The notes under the pieces are model-generated. The model saw only the letters and a program-made list of their open reading frames with translations, was not told the origin of the DNA and searched no databases. 64,000 nt of DNA, taken from the NCBI RefSeq assembly GCF_006345805.1, contig NC_043012.1, forward strand, positions 2,418,001 to 2,482,000, written 5' to 3'. How positions within the stretch are numbered: the first letter of the stretch is position 1; each line of letters begins with the position of its first letter. A program made the position numbers and the translations under genes. This DNA comes from Octopus sinensis (lineage: Eukaryota). Positions 1 through 13,421 of the stretch are shown piece by piece.

Positions 1-479
1 CATTAAATTAGTGTTGAGTTTAGGGTGTATAATTCCAGAGGTATTCTGAAGCTTAGGTAGAAAGTAATAAAAAAAAAACAATTTTTTTATTACAAAGATA
101 AAAAAAAAGAAAATTTTTTAGAGCAAAAGCATTGGAAAAGTAACCCAGACATGAGAGATAAGTTTACTTGAAAATAAAGTATGGGAACATGAGAAAACAA
201 TTTTTTTTTGAAATTTAAATCCAGTTTTGATAGTATGTGTGTGTGTATGTGGTTATAGTATAGCTTGTTATTTAGCTACAGGTCAGCCCTGATTGAACAA
301 ATCCATGACCAAAGGAAGTCATATCTAGAGCCCCATTATCCAATATGTTCCTCTTTTTTAAGATAAAAAAGTGTGATTTAATGGAGATTTGATTGCTATT
401 TCTAGCTTCAGAAAATACAAGTTAAGATTACTAATCTCTAGTTAGTTTAGGTATTAAATGATGTGGGAGTGGGAGTTAG

Positions 480-1130
480 TGGTGTTAAAACATTGGTTTA
501 GGCAGAATGGATGATGGCTGCTGTGAGGGATGGTTGAAGGGAGTGAAGAGAGAATAATAGGAGCTTTGTTTTGAGGGAGTACTCCCATTAAGACCTTCTG
601 CTTGTAGAGTATACATTAGATTGAAGAATAACCAGCTGGCAGGAACAATTTTGTGAATGCTGCAAGATTGAAAGATAACGTGTTGAAAAAATGTGCCATA
701 GTGTTGGTATTTGGTTCTCTTTTTAATAAACCGTTGGAGTGGGTAGGCATTGGGAATGTGTGAAATTCTTGGTTGAATCTGTCTTCAGTTTGAAAAAGAA
801 ATTTTTTCCCAGATCTTAGTTTTCTGTATGACTGAGGAAAAGCACCTCAGAACATTACACATAGTAAATACATAAGTTGACAAAAATCCCCCCAAAGTTT
901 GTTTAAATATATGAAAAGCAAGGGAGATAATTCTGACAAGATCAACTAACTGAAATTTTCTGAAAATAAAGACAGTGGAAATGAATCTGTGGACTTGTTT
1001 TAGTCTTGTTATAATCCTCCACAGCAAAACATATTTTGCTCAGTTGGTAAGGTTTAGAAGTGATCAGTATGTAAACAAACTGAGGGACTCTGATATTGTT
1101 GATTTAAATATTTAACAATATAGCTGAGAG
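480..1130 (-). mobile_element. Highly decayed LINE reverse-transcriptase-like remnant
   Basis: Minus-strand reading gives ...LSELSPLLFIYLNKL..., resembling the RT motif (QG..LSPLLFN.Y.NDL), among many stops and frameshifts. The purine-rich plus strand fits an antisense LINE. Confidence 0.3.
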
Positions 1131-1683
1131 AAAATACCACATAGTTTATACTATGAATGTTTCATGATTGTTAAGAGAGTTAACTGGAGAAATTTCCTCT
1201 TATATTTAGGTAAGCAAAAGCTAATCTTAGTAAAATGGTAAGTTGCGACATTCTTGACTTTTTCTATAGCATTTATCAGGATATTCTACCAAACTAGCTT
1301 GTAAACATAATTTCTCAGCTGGGGTTCACATAGCCACTGGGTTTTGGGGCTATGTATAAAAATGAGACATTTGGTGGGGTCACACACAAATTCAAATACC
1401 AGGTCTATCTTGTCTTAGTTCTCGTATTTCATTCTTTGTGCTAATTTCAAGACAATAAATATTGAATGTAACACTTGTGATATTTTGTTGCCTTTTCTCA
1501 CTCTTAATCTTGTTATCTCTAGCTTTAAGCCTGGTTACTTATCTACTATCAAAATCTCACAATCATTTTGGCATTCTATGATGAGATTATCTTCATTTGT
1601 CATAAATAAAACTGAGTTTAATTCAACCACAAATCTGACACTGAATAAAATGCCAGTCATATTTTTTTTAAGAATGCATATTA

Positions 1684-1906
1684 TTAACCCTTCAGTATAT
1701 AAAATGGCCATATCCAGTCCAAATATCCTACCTGTTTTAGGGTCAAACCAGCCAGATCCAGTCTCTTACACCTACTTTACAATGCCATTCTTATAATAAA
1801 CAAGCACATCATCAAAATCTTGAAGATACAAAATAATGCATGATCAATTCAAAACAATATGAATAAATTAATATTTGACAGAGAAATATGAATGCTAAAG
1901 GGTTAA
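1684..1906 (+). mobile_element. piggyBac-like MITE (family E), TTAA-CCCT...AGGG-TTAA
   Basis: ttaacccttcag at 1684 and gctaaagggttaa at 1906; interior similar to the copies at 5926 and 52998. Confidence 0.8.
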
Positions 1907-2234
1907 AGCTTCTGCTCAGGGCTGTTGCTATGCACTCGGCAAACTATGTAATTGTTGAGGTCCTTAAGTTGGTGTTCCCGCAAATAACTTACACCAAGTG
2001 TTTTTTTTTTTAAATAAAAAAAAACACAAAGGCTTAGCAAATAAAGAAAGCAGGTGTGGTCACTCCTGGAACAAAAAAATAGAAGACATGGGTGAATGAG
2101 GAGGAAGCTCAGTTGGCGTTATGACCTGTTACGTGATTTAGCATGAAACATTCCAAATTTTGTCCAGTTACAAAATTTCATCCAGTCATGAATTAAGAGT
2201 AGAAAAGAATAATAATAATGATTATAATAATAAT

Positions 2235-2455
2235 CCTTTCTACAACAGACAGAAGGCCTGGAATTTTGGGATAGGGGGTATATCGATTACATTGCCCCCA
2301 CCCCCATCCTGAGCTCAACTAGTACTTACTTCATTGACCTTGAAAGGATGAAAAGCAAAGTTGACCTAGGTGGAATTTGAACTCAGAATGTATAGATGGA
2401 TGAAATGTTGCTAAGCATGATTGGCTCGCTAACAGTTCTGCCAGTTCACCACCTT
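2235..2455 (-). mobile_element. tRNA-derived SINE family B
   Basis: Reverse complement has head aaggtggtgaactggcagaa, B-box-like gagttcaaattcc, central gtcaactttgcttttcatcctttc domain and AAT tail. Confidence 0.8.
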
Positions 2456-2472
2456 AATAATAATAATAATAA

Positions 2473-2694
2473 TGGTTTCAAATATTGGCACAAGGCCAGC
2501 AAATTCTGGGAAGGGGTCTAGTCAATTACATTGACCCCCCCCCCAGTGCTCAATTAGTACTTATTTTATCAACCCAGAATGGATGAAATGCAAAGTCGAC
2601 CTTGCAGGAATTTGAACTAAGAACGTAAAGACCGATGAAATACAACTAAGCATTTTTGCCCGACGTGCTAACTATTCTGCCTGCTCACCACCAT
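2473..2694 (-). mobile_element. SINE family B, second copy of a head-to-tail pair
   Basis: Same motifs as 2235-2455; separated from it by (AAT)n. Confidence 0.8.
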
Positions 2695-4465
2695 AATAAT
2701 AATAATAATAATAAATAATAACAACAATAACAATAACAATAACAACAATATCTGAAGTTTGTACTCAGAAACAGCTTTTAATGTTTTTCTTTTTCATCAG
2801 ATTGTATTTGATTTTACTATTCAGTCACAGAACACAATCAATTTGAAGCCTTTATATAACTGACACCAGATGTTTACTTCACCTTCAGATATGATTTGAT
2901 CACTATATAAATGTATTAGATTCATAATAGGCACAAGTATAACTGTGTCATGAAGAAGGTTACCTGAAAAGTATGTTTCTGGTTCGATCTTACTGCATGT
3001 CACCTTAGGTAAGTGTCTTGAGGGTGCAATCTGTACTACAAGATAATGAAATACCATCAGTTACACAGTGGCCCCACACCTCATAGCAATGAACTGGACC
3101 AACCTCCATAGAATTATTGAGAATGAATTACCAAGACAGGTAATTCTTGAAAGGCAGTGAGCTAGCAGGATTGTTAGTACCAGTCAAATACTGGGGTTGA
3201 TGTAATCAACTTTTCCCCCTCCCTATGGCTGTGTGGTTAAGAAGTTTGCTTCACAGCTCTGTGGCTTCTGGGTCAGTCACACTGTGCTGTACCTTAGACA
3301 AGTGTTTTAGCCTCTGGTTAATCAATATCTTGTGTGTGAAATTGGTTGATGGAAACTGTGGAATCCCATGTTGTAAATATGTGTGCGTATCTTTGTCTCT
3401 GCATGTCTACACAGTGGCACTTGAGCAGCGGTGACATTTTGTGTCTAATAACAAAAGAGGTATAGCTCTTGTTTTGACATGAGAAGACATGAATTAAAAA
3501 TACTTGAGAGAATCACCAATGCAATATCTTACAAAGGTCCCTGAAGGAACAGACAGTTTGCTCAGTCTCTAGTCCCACCCACCTCACAGATAATTAATCC
3601 TGTGTATATGAAACATCTTTTGTACTTAGCATGTCCTTATTGTGATGCATAACTTGCCAAGAGGTAAAGAATACGGTGGATTTCAAATTAAACAAACTCA
3701 ACAAAAATCTAATCATTGTCACCATCATCATCATCATTACTGTTATCATCATCATCATCATTATAGCATTCCACTTTTCCATGTTTGGTTTGTGTGTGTT
3801 GGATAGAGTTTACTTAGGTAGATTCTCTGTGGCCAAATACCATTCTTGTCACCCATGCTCACCTGTTTCCAAGCAGCGGGGCAGACGTGTTTTCAGATAA
3901 TTGGAGATGAATGACATTGCTTGTATGACAGTGACAATCATTTACAATTATCACATGAAAGAGATCTGCCAAATCCACTCACAAGGCTTTGGTTGGCTCA
4001 AGGTGATAATAAAAGACACTTGCCCAAGGTACCTTGCAATGGAACTGAATCTAAAACCATGTGGTTGAGGAGCAAGCTTCTTATCCACATTGCCATGCCT
4101 GCATCTAATTGGTGTACCAAATGTTGTCAAACCCCACACACATGCCATACACACACCTCTCTACCTGTCAATTATTTTTCTCATTTCTTTTCTTTTCTAC
4201 TTCTTTTTCTTTGTTTTATTATATTCAGGTCCAGATTAAGGCCAACTGATGCCCTCAGTGTAGCCCAACAATACTACCCCTATTGACCCTTCCCATTATC
4301 TAACTGACAAGACATGAGTGTTGAATATAAAATAATAGATAATAAATTAATTTTTTTTCTTCAGGGCTAAATTCCAACAATTATAGTAAATGCAACCTCT
4401 TTTTTTAATTTCATTTATTTGACACTTAACAGTAAGCTTTATAAGTATATTATTTACTCTTAAGT

Positions 4466-4860
4466 GCAGGAGTGGCTGTGTGGTAAGTAGCTTGTTTACC
4501 AACCACATGGTTCCGGGTTCAGTCCCACTGCATGGCACTTTGGGCAAGTGTCTTCTACTATAGCCTCGGGCCGACCAAAGCCTTGTGAGTGGATTTGGTA
4601 GACGGAAACTGAAAGAAGCCCGTCGTATATATGTATATATATATACGTGTGTGTGTTTGTGCGTCTGTGTTTGTCCCCCTAGCATTGCTTGACAACCGAT
4701 GCTGGTGTGTTTATGTCCCCGTTACTTAGCGTTCGGCAAAAGAGACCGATAGAATAAGTACTGGGCTTACAAAAGAATAAGTCCCGGGGTCAAGTTGCTC
4801 GATTAAAGGCGGTACTCCAGCATGGCCGCAGTCAAATGACTGAAACAAGTAAAAGAGTAA
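4466..4860 (+). mobile_element. Full-length tRNA-derived SINE family A
   Basis: Head gcaggagtggctgtgtggtaag (A-box-like) and ggttcagtccc (B-box-like), core ccttgggcaagtgtcttctactatagcc, internal (AT)/(GT) tract, 3' half ending gactgaaacaagtaaaagag. Near-identical copies at 7721, 16500, 51797 and 63631. Confidence 0.9.
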
Positions 4861-4990
4861 TACAACAGGAAAAAAAAAACTGCACATTTTCAACTCATTA
4901 TTTTTGATTTTCTTTTTTTTATTAAAGATAAAACTGTTGTAAGAGAAAAACATAAACTCAAAAAAATTATTGGAATTTTTATTTATGAGC

Positions 4991-5312
4991 TCCTATGCTG
5001 GTGGCAGATAAAAAGCACCATCCGAACGTGGCTGATGCCAGTACCCCCTGATTGGCTCCTGTACTGGTGGCTCATAAAGAGCACTATCTGAATGTGATTG
5101 ATGCCAGGTCCACTTGACTGGCCCCTGTGCTGGTTGCACATAAAAAGTACCCACTACACTCTCAGAGTGGTTGGCATTAGGAAGGGCATCCAGCTGTAGA
5201 AACATTGCTAAATCAGATTGGAGCCTGGTGCAGCCAATGGTTCTCCAAACCTCAGTCAAACTGTCCAATGCATACCAGCATGGAAACTGGATGTTAAACG
5301 ATGATGATGATG
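4991..5312 (+). mobile_element. 5'-truncated RTE LINE 3' end with 66-bp repeats and (GAT)n tail
   Basis: aaaagcacc anchors at 5007, 5073 and 5139, then ggaagggcatccagctgtagaaac ... gttaaacgatgatgat. Confidence 0.8.
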
Positions 5313-5925
5313 TATTATGTCACCATTATTTTACATCTGTTTTTCTATGCGGATGGTTTGAATATAAATCAAGTTGACTATTGTGGCCTAACATCGCCAG
5401 TTTAAGCACCAAAGGGTTAAATGTAATTCATTGTAGGTAGCATTTGTTTTAGACCAGTCATTGGACAACCTGCAGCTCATGGGTCTTTCTGAATGGCACA
5501 CCTACCTTAAGTTTTTTTTTAGTAGCATGACCCACCTGATGATGGAACCATGTCTCATGTGGCCTGCATCTTGAGAAAAGTTGTTCAAGTCTGGGTGAGG
5601 CTAACTCACAGCACAACCTGTCTATGGAATTAGATATCTATCCCTTCATTTTGTTTCTGATGAAATAAATTAATTTATTTCATGAGAAATTCAGGAACTT
5701 CCTTGTTACTTCAGGTCATCAAACATATAAAAATTAGACTGATTTCTTGGTTCAAAATGCTTACCAAAATACTGTAAATGAACCAAATGACATACGTATA
5801 AGAATGGCGATAATGCATGTGTGTGAGTTTGGAATTTTTAGGGTGTTTTATGACAATCAGTGTTACATGTGACTAATTTGTTGCTTCAGTAATGTAAACT
5901 GCAGGTCAAAGCTCCCATCACTGTT

Positions 5926-6132
5926 TTAACCCTTTAGTGTTTAAACCGGCCGTATCCAGCCCAAATATTCTAAACGTTTTATATTCAAACTGGCGATATC
6001 TAGCCTCTCACACCTAACCTACAATGTCATGCTAAAAATAAACAATCACATCACTGAAACCTCAAAGCTACAAGATAATGCATGATTAATTCAAAACAAT
6101 TTAACAGAGTAATCTGAACACTAAAGGGTTAA
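5926..6132 (+). mobile_element. piggyBac-like MITE (family E)
   Basis: Perfect terminal inverted match ttaaccctttagtgtt / aacactaaagggttaa. Confidence 0.88.
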
Positions 6133-6811
6133 TATCAACATTCCCATGTATGCATGGGTCAGATATAGTTTACTGAGTTAGATTTTTGGGCCAAATGCTC
6201 TTCCTATCACCCAACTTTTACTTGTCACTCACCAAGGTGATATTTCCTCAAGGCCAGACATTTTTTTCCCCCTACCAGATTATTGGTAGCAAATCACATT
6301 CATTTACAATAATCATGTAATGTAAACATAAATGTACACACACACACACGCATAGACATGTTTGGGTGTAGTTGTTTGTGTCTCCTTCTCTTGACATTAC
6401 ATGATTGTTGTAAATGAATGTAATTCATTTCCAGTATTCTAGCAAAAAATATGTTTCTGCCTGCCAAATCCCCTCACAAGGTTTGGTTATCCGGGGGGGG
6501 CCACAACAGGAGATGCTTGCCCAAGATGACATGCAGTGGGACTGAATCCAAAACCATGTGCTTGGAAAGCAGACTTCTTAACTCCACAACTATGCCTGAA
6601 TCTAGTTTATTAATCTCCATAGCTACATCTAAACACAAACGACCACATGCCTTTGCAGGTAGTGATTGCCGCACGGCAGAGTGAGTCACTGAGATTACTC
6701 TTTGTAGCAGTTGCCAGATTACAATTGTGTTGTAAAAACTTATTAAATAATTTATGAACTGATGGTTCTGTTTTGTTTTCATGTATGTGTTTGTGCATGT
6801 GTGCGTGCACA

Positions 6812-7170
<359 letters not shown>

Positions 7171-7720
7171 CATATACATACATGTGTATGTAAAATTCAT
7201 TTATTGTGGGCACTCCTTTTGTGGGATCCAAGTTCAGCTGCACTATACAAAATCTAGCATGGTGGGTGGGGAAAAAAACTTTCAGTTGTTCCCTCTTCCA
7301 TCAGTCTCCAAAAGTGTGCATTTATTCTGCTTAGCGATTAATCCAGTCCATATTATGCTTGAATATTTTTGTTGTTTTCTTAAGAACTAAAGGCAGTGCT
7401 CCAGCATGGCCACAGTCAAATGGCTGAAACAAGTAAAAGAGTAACAATGAATGGATTTAGGTCAGTTGGAGAAGTTTTCTTTATGAAACAAAAACCAAGG
7501 AAATAAACTTGTTTTACTGTTTTAATAATAAGGGAATGTGGTTGCATATCTGTCCTCTGCACACACACACACACACATTATGCTTTGTTTTTTTGTGTAT
7601 ATTTGTTTTGCTAGTAAAGGTGATGTGACTACCTGTGAAATAGTAAAGTCTGTCAAATAGAATCATTAACATTCTATTTTACTTTTATCGTGAGTTCTTT
7701 CTCACTTATTGTTCATATAT

Positions 7721-8113
7721 AGGTGCAGGAGTGGCTGTGTGGTAAGTAGCTTGTTTACCAACCACATGGTTCCGGGTTCAGTCCCACTGCGTGGCACCTT
7801 GGGCAAGTGTCTTCTACCATAGCCTTGGGCCGACCAAAGCCTTGTGCGTGGATTTGGTAGACGGAAACTGAAAGAAGCCCGTCGTATATATATATATGCG
7901 TGTGTGTGTTTGTCTCCCCTAGCATTGCTTGACAACCGATGCTGGTGTGTTTATGTCCCCGTTACTTAGCGGTTCGGCAAAAGAGACCGATAAAATAAGT
8001 ACTGGGCTTACAAAAGAATAAGTCCCGGGGTCGAGTTGCTCGATTAAAGGCGGTGCTCCAGCATGGCCGCAGTCAAATGTCTGAAACAAGTAAAAGAGTA
8101 AAGAGTAAAGAGA
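7721..8113 (+). mobile_element. Full-length SINE family A
   Basis: Near-identical to 4466-4860; CpGs retained; tail aaagagtaaaagagtaaagag. Confidence 0.9.
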
Positions 8114-8403
8114 GTCTTTATAAATTTTGTATTTTATAGTTATAAAGCCATACTCTGGATTTACATGCAAGAACAGAGGTGCAGGTGTGGTTGTGTGGTT
8201 TAAGAAGTTTGCTTCTCAACTGCATGGTTTCAGGTTCAGTCCCAGTGTGGCACCCTGGCTAAGTGTCTTCTGCGATAGTGCTGGGCTGAGTACTGGGGTT
8301 GATGTAATTGATTTGGCTCTCCCCGCAAATTTCAGGCCTTGTTACTAAGTGATTTCACTGTTGAAATGAATTTTTTTCATTTCTTCTTTTATATTTATTC
8401 TTA

Positions 8404-8574
8404 ACTACACTCGCAGAGTGGTTGGCGTTAGGAAGGGCATCCAGCTGTAGAAACTCTGCCAGATCAGACTGGAGCCTGGTGCAGCCCCTGGCTTCCCAGA
8501 CCCCAGTCGAACCGTCCAACCCGTGCTAGCACGGAAAACAGACGTTAAACGATGATGATGATGATGATGATGAT
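8404..8574 (+). mobile_element. Short RTE 3' tail with (GAT)n
   Basis: cactcgcagagtggttggcgttaggaagggcatccagctgtag ... gacgttaaacgatgatgatg. Confidence 0.82.
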
Positions 8575-9428
8575 ATTTATTCTTTACATATACTTTTAGT
8601 CTGTTGAAAGTTCTGAATGAAGTTTGATTTGAAAATTATTTAATAATGATGATAATAATAACAATAAAAGCACTCAGAGAGCTCAAACCTCCGTCAAGGC
8701 AACCTCTCAACAATTAGCCAGAGATAATTTTAAAATTATTACTATAATAATAGTAATAATTGTTGTAGTTAGATTTAGGTTTCTATAAAAATTCATTCAC
8801 AATTACTAATGAAACACAAAGAAAATTACTTGTACACATTTTGTAATGGTGTGGGTGTGTGTGTGTGTGATATAAATTAAATCTTAGAATTTAGGGAACA
8901 ATATGAAGCCCCTGAAATCGTTTTAATGCATTTTCCCTCACCTCCTTTTTTGTATCTATTTATAATTTTTCTTATGAAAACAGGAAATAGTTACTTGTGA
9001 TTATTTTTTTTTCATATATTTGAGACTTAAGGAATAATGTAACAGTCTCATAATTTAAAAATCTCTCTCCTTCCCTCCCTCTCTCTCTCTCTACCTACCT
9101 ACCTATCTTTCTATCTATCTATCTGTCCTGTCTCATTAGTACACTAAATTCATTGTGCAAAGAATATTCACTTCCTTGAAATTTTGACTAACAATAACAC
9201 AACAGTAGCATAGTTATACACACACACACACACACATACTCACAAATACATATATACATAATTCTTTTGTCAATTTGTAATTCTAGTAATGTTATTTTCT
9301 GTATTCTATAATTAAACCACTTCAGCAATAAACTGAAACTTATTTTCCATTTGGGAAAAAAAAAAAAAAGCTGTAGTGTTGAAGTCTGTATGCCTGGGAA
9401 AAGTATAATTCTGGACAACAGCAGCAGC

Positions 9429-9868
9429 GTGGAGGCGCAATGGCCCAGTGGTTAGGGCAGTGTTTATTGAGCAAAAACCCCTAAGCTCTATGAGGCTCTG
9501 GCAAGGGGTGGGGGGTGGGGTGAACCCCACTGTAATCTTTCACCACAACTTTCTCTCACTCTTTCTTCCTACTTCTGCCACAAAGCAGAGGAACCATGGT
9601 GTAACCCCCTATGGTGTGGTAAAATTTCAGACCCTAGTCTAGATTGCGAATCCTCTGTACCCCAGGATGGTTCAGCTCTCCACCCGTTAAAAGCCACCGT
9701 TTACGGAATGAGGATAACAACGTAGCTTTCGCGCCTGTGCAACCGCGTGTGGTGGGTGGATCTTCAAGTTGCCACACGCATTCTTAGTAGCTTAGAGTAG
9801 GCTCGAATTAGAGATTATTCTTTGTGGCTAATGGCGTGAGTCCTGACTGAAAGAAGAAGAAGAAGAAG
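9429..9868 (+). mobile_element. Composite SINE with tRNA-like head and (GAA)n tail
   Basis: Head gtggaggcgcaatggcccagtggttagg, tail ctgactgaaagaagaagaag; flanks acagcagcagc (9418-9428) and acagcagtagc (9869-9879) form a TSD with 1 mismatch. Confidence 0.72.
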
Positions 9869-9902
9869 ACAGCAGTAGCAGCTTCAACAACAACAATATT
9901 AA

Positions 9903-10339
9903 TGGTTTCGAATATTGGGACAAGGCCAGTAGTTTTGGGGGAGGGGGCTAGTCTGTTATATTGTATTGACTCCAGTGTTCAACTGGAAGGATGAAAGACG
10001 AAGTCAACCATGGCAGAATTTGAACTCAGAATGTAGAGATGAATGAGATGCTGCTTAGCATCTTGCCCAGTGTGATAACGGCTTTGCCAACTTGCTGCCT
10101 TAACAACAACAACAACAATAATAATAATAATTCTTTCTACTATGAGGCACAAGGCTTGAAATTTTGTGAAGATGGGCTTGTTGATTATATTAACTCCAAT
10201 ATTCAACTGGTACTTATTTTATTCACCCCGAAAGGATGAAAGGCAAAGTTGACCTTGGTGGAATTTGAACTTAGAACAAAGCGGAATACCGCTAAGCATT
10301 TCGCCCAACATGCTAATGATTCTGCCAGCTCACTGCCTT
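9903..10339 (-). mobile_element. Head-to-tail pair of SINE family B
   Basis: Copies at 9903-10101 and 10131-10339 joined by (AAC)n(AAT)n. Confidence 0.8.
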
Positions 10340-11289
10340 CGTAACAATAATGATGATATTTTCTAAGGTATATATAAGGCCACTTATTTTGTGAGAGGAC
10401 AGAGTTAAGTCTATGCTCATACTTAAGTGGTACTCGTTTTATCCACCCTGAATGAATCTCTTTTACTTGTTTCAGTCTGAATCTAAAGAGTCAGATCTGT
10501 CCATCCATCAGTTGGGCTTCCACACAGTTTCTGTTAATGAAATCCATTCAGAAGATATCAAGATATTACCTATTTTTGTATATCTTGGATTACAATGTGC
10601 AACAAGTTTTTTTTTTAAGACAGTAATGTGTGAGACAGAGAGATTTGGTTGCTATTTTCAGCATGTAGGTTTGATTGCATACAAGCTCAATATTTTCAAT
10701 AGTTGTTTATGTATGTTATTCTTCTTCTTATACCCTATTTAAAGCATCATATTATGTCTTTGTTTAGATATAATTGATATTCTAAAAATTAACAGAAAAA
10801 TCTATATTTACTGTTCAAGGAGATAAGCACTGCAATCTATATGATCAATTAATCTTCCTGGAAAATGAAAACGATCAGTCATTGACAAGCAGTTTGGTTT
10901 CCTCACTGTGCGTATTTATTTTTGGATAAGTGCAGGTTTTTGGTTCAGTCCCACCCACTGTGCAGCGTCTTGAACAAGTCTTTTCTGTTGATGCTAATCA
11001 ATGTCTTGTGAGGTGGAATTGACTGAGAGAATCTATGGATACCTGTGTGTGTGTATGTATATATATATTTCTCTCTCATCCTTTCACTTATTCACTTCTT
11101 TTTTCCCCTTCACTGTTTTCTATCTGTCTCTCTCCCTCTTTCTCCATTTCTCTCTCTCGTTGCTCAAACGTGACCAAATTCCATCTTTCTTTCCCCATGT
11201 GATCATTATTTTTTTTCTTTCAGGACTTTCTTAAGGACAGCACATCTCTTATCTCTCTCTTCTATCTTTTTTCTTGTCAAAGAAAATAT

Positions 11290-11620
11290 TTCTCCAGCAT
11301 TAGCTATTTTACCCTTGTTTTGGTCTAACGACCTTCCATGTTTGTTTTTGTTTGGTTTCCTTGTGTGTCTCCCTGTCCTGTTTTTCTTCCCAGCTTTGAC
11401 CCTCCATAAATCCCAAATTTCATTTTGGTACTTGTGGGAGTAACTGTCTTTGAAGACTCATATTGTCATTCGATGCTCGAAATGAAGAGTAGATAGACAG
11501 CTGACAACTGATGAAAGGTCGTTCTTTGCGTTACTTGACCTGTTTTCCATTTGCTTCTCTCGTTGTTTGCGTATTGAACTCATTTGTTTACGTATATCAT
11601 GTTGGTGACATCCTGTACCC
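11290..11620 (+). mobile_element. Probable Penelope-like element terminal remnant
   Basis: CpG-containing, pyrimidine-rich segment with gctcgaaa and ctgatga motifs typical of PLE ends; motif resemblance only. Confidence 0.4.
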
Positions 11621-11631
11621 ATGTATGCATG

Positions 11632-11960
11632 TCATCATCATCATCATCATCGTTTAGCGTCCGTTTTCCATGCTGGCATGGGTTGGATGGTTCGACTGGG
11701 GTCTGGCAAGCCAGGAGGCTGCATCAGGCCCCAATCTAATCTGGCAGTGTTTCTACAGCTGGATGCCCTTCCTAACACCAACCACTCTGAGAGTGTAGTG
11801 GGTGCTTTTTACGTGCCACCAGCACAAGGGACCAGAGGAGCTGGCACAGGCCATGACTGGATGGTGCTTTTTATGTGCCACTGGCACAGAAGCCAGTCAA
11901 GGTGGCACTGGCACTGGCCATGTTCGGACAGTGCTTTTTACGTGCTACCAGCACGGGGCT
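11632..11960 (-). mobile_element. RTE 3' end with repeat units
   Basis: (CAT)n followed by cgtttagcgtccgttttccatgctggcatggg, the reverse complement of the GAT-tailed element. Confidence 0.82.
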
Positions 11961-12042
11961 AACAACTACAATTTCCATTTGATTTGATTTTCATATTGCT
12001 GATGTTGATGTACTTGACTCAGTAGATCCCCTCAAGCACGGC

Positions 12043-12081
<39 letters not shown>

Positions 12082-12261
12082 ACAGGCTCCTTTCAGTTTC
12101 CATCTACCAAATCCACTCACAAAGCTTTGGTTGACCTGAGGTTATAGTAGAAGACACTTGCCAAAGGTGCCATGCAGTGGGACTGAACCCGGAACCATGT
12201 GGTTGGGAAACAAGCTTTTTACCCCACAGCCACGCTGTATAAAAATAATTTATAGAAATAT

Positions 12262-12326
12262 ACAGTACAGTACTATCGCAGGGGTCTTGGAACGTAACAC
12301 CCGCGGTAGCCGGGGGAATTACTGTA
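12262..12326 (-). mobile_element. pogo/Tigger-like terminal fragment
   Basis: Reverse complement tacagtaattcccccggctaccgcgggtgttacgttccaagacccc resembles Tigger-type 5' ends (TA-CAGT..., gttccaagaccc). Confidence 0.55.
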
Positions 12327-13145
12327 CTTTCCTTTTCACACGAATCATGTTAACATCAAACTTAACATTCTATAAATACTAGCTTGGTTATTATTAAAGT
12401 GTTGGGTGTTGTAGTAGTCATGATATTAGAGTTCATTCACTGATTGCTTAGCTGAAATTATGACTGTTGTAGATGAAGTGGCAATAAGTGATTGAGAAAC
12501 TGGAGGAGGGGTTGGCAGGGTGGTGGAGAATAAAACCAGAACACAAACAAACCAATCCTCCCCGCTAGCTATTTTGCTAACGGCCATGATTTCAGTTTTT
12601 GTGTTTTATTTGTTCTTTCCTGAAGGCTGACACTTGATTGTGAATGAAGTGTTATGTGTGTAAGTGTTATGTTTATGATGAGTCATGTACGTGATATGCA
12701 GGAAGGAACCTTATTAATAAACAGCAGCATATGTGATGTAGGAATGGTCTACCACTCCAGAGACCTCGTCTACTACAAAATGTACTGGGGAACTTTATTT
12801 CACTTTCATAGGGAGTTATAAACAAAAAAAAAAAAGAAAAGAAAGAAAAGAAAGAAAGGAAGTCAAAATGCAAATGATAATGATTGGACTGTGTTGGGAA
12901 TAGAATAGATTTCTGGTGTCTTTGTTTACTCTTTTAATCATTTCAATTATTGGATTGTGACCCTACTCGGGCCCAATCTTGAAGATTTTTAGTGAATCAG
13001 ATCAACACTGATATTTATTTTATTCCTTTTTCTTTTTAAAGTTTAGTAATTATTTTATTAGTTTTTATTTTTGCCAAACCAATAAATTATGGGGGTGGGT
13101 TGTAAAAAAACAAAAAAAAAAAGCAGCTGTCAAACAGGGTCACAT

Positions 13146-13392
13146 CATCATCATTCATCATTGTTCGACAATGGAATTTACCATGCTACGCCAGACTTCA
13201 CGGTCCATCATGGCATTACGGAGGTCCTGTTGCTGGATGCCTGTATCCCTGGAGATTACATCAGGGTAGGAGAGTGTGCACCCTCTGGTATTGCGAGTAG
13301 ATGGCTTCCAGAGGAGAAGAGTAGAAATTACTTCTTTTTCAGCTCTACAACAATGTCCAGCAAACTGGACTCTCCTACCTTTCACAAGGGTC
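13146..13392 (-). mobile_element. 5'-truncated RTE/RTE-X-like LINE, ORF C-terminus
   Basis: Encodes VQFAGHCCRAEKEVISTLLLWKP...SYPDVISRDTG...DLRNAMMDREVWRSMV, a typical RT C-terminus; perfect 12-bp TSD acagggtcacat at 13134-13145 and 13393-13404. Confidence 0.85.
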
Positions 13393-13421
13393 ACAGGGTC
13401 ACATAAACAAATCATTGGGAG

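Noticed and set aside
3533-3540. 8-nt minus-strand microexon (ttccttcag|GGACCTTT|gtaaga)
   Set aside because: Frameshifting length; within chance expectation.
4466-4545. tRNA genes
   Set aside because: A/B-box-like heads run directly into SINE bodies; no complete cloverleaf was found.
4347-4953. Recurrent ORFs such as RASFSFRLPNPLTRLWSARGYSRRHLPKVP
   Set aside because: Antisense translations of SINE family A; they recur wherever the SINE occurs.
12714-12772. Minus-strand terminal exon VDEVSGVVDHSYITYAAVY* with ITIM-like ITYAAV and downstream AATAAA
   Set aside because: No supporting upstream receptor exons; a 6-aa motif arises easily by chance, and YITYA also occurs in the Gypsy gag remnant at 53.27 kb.
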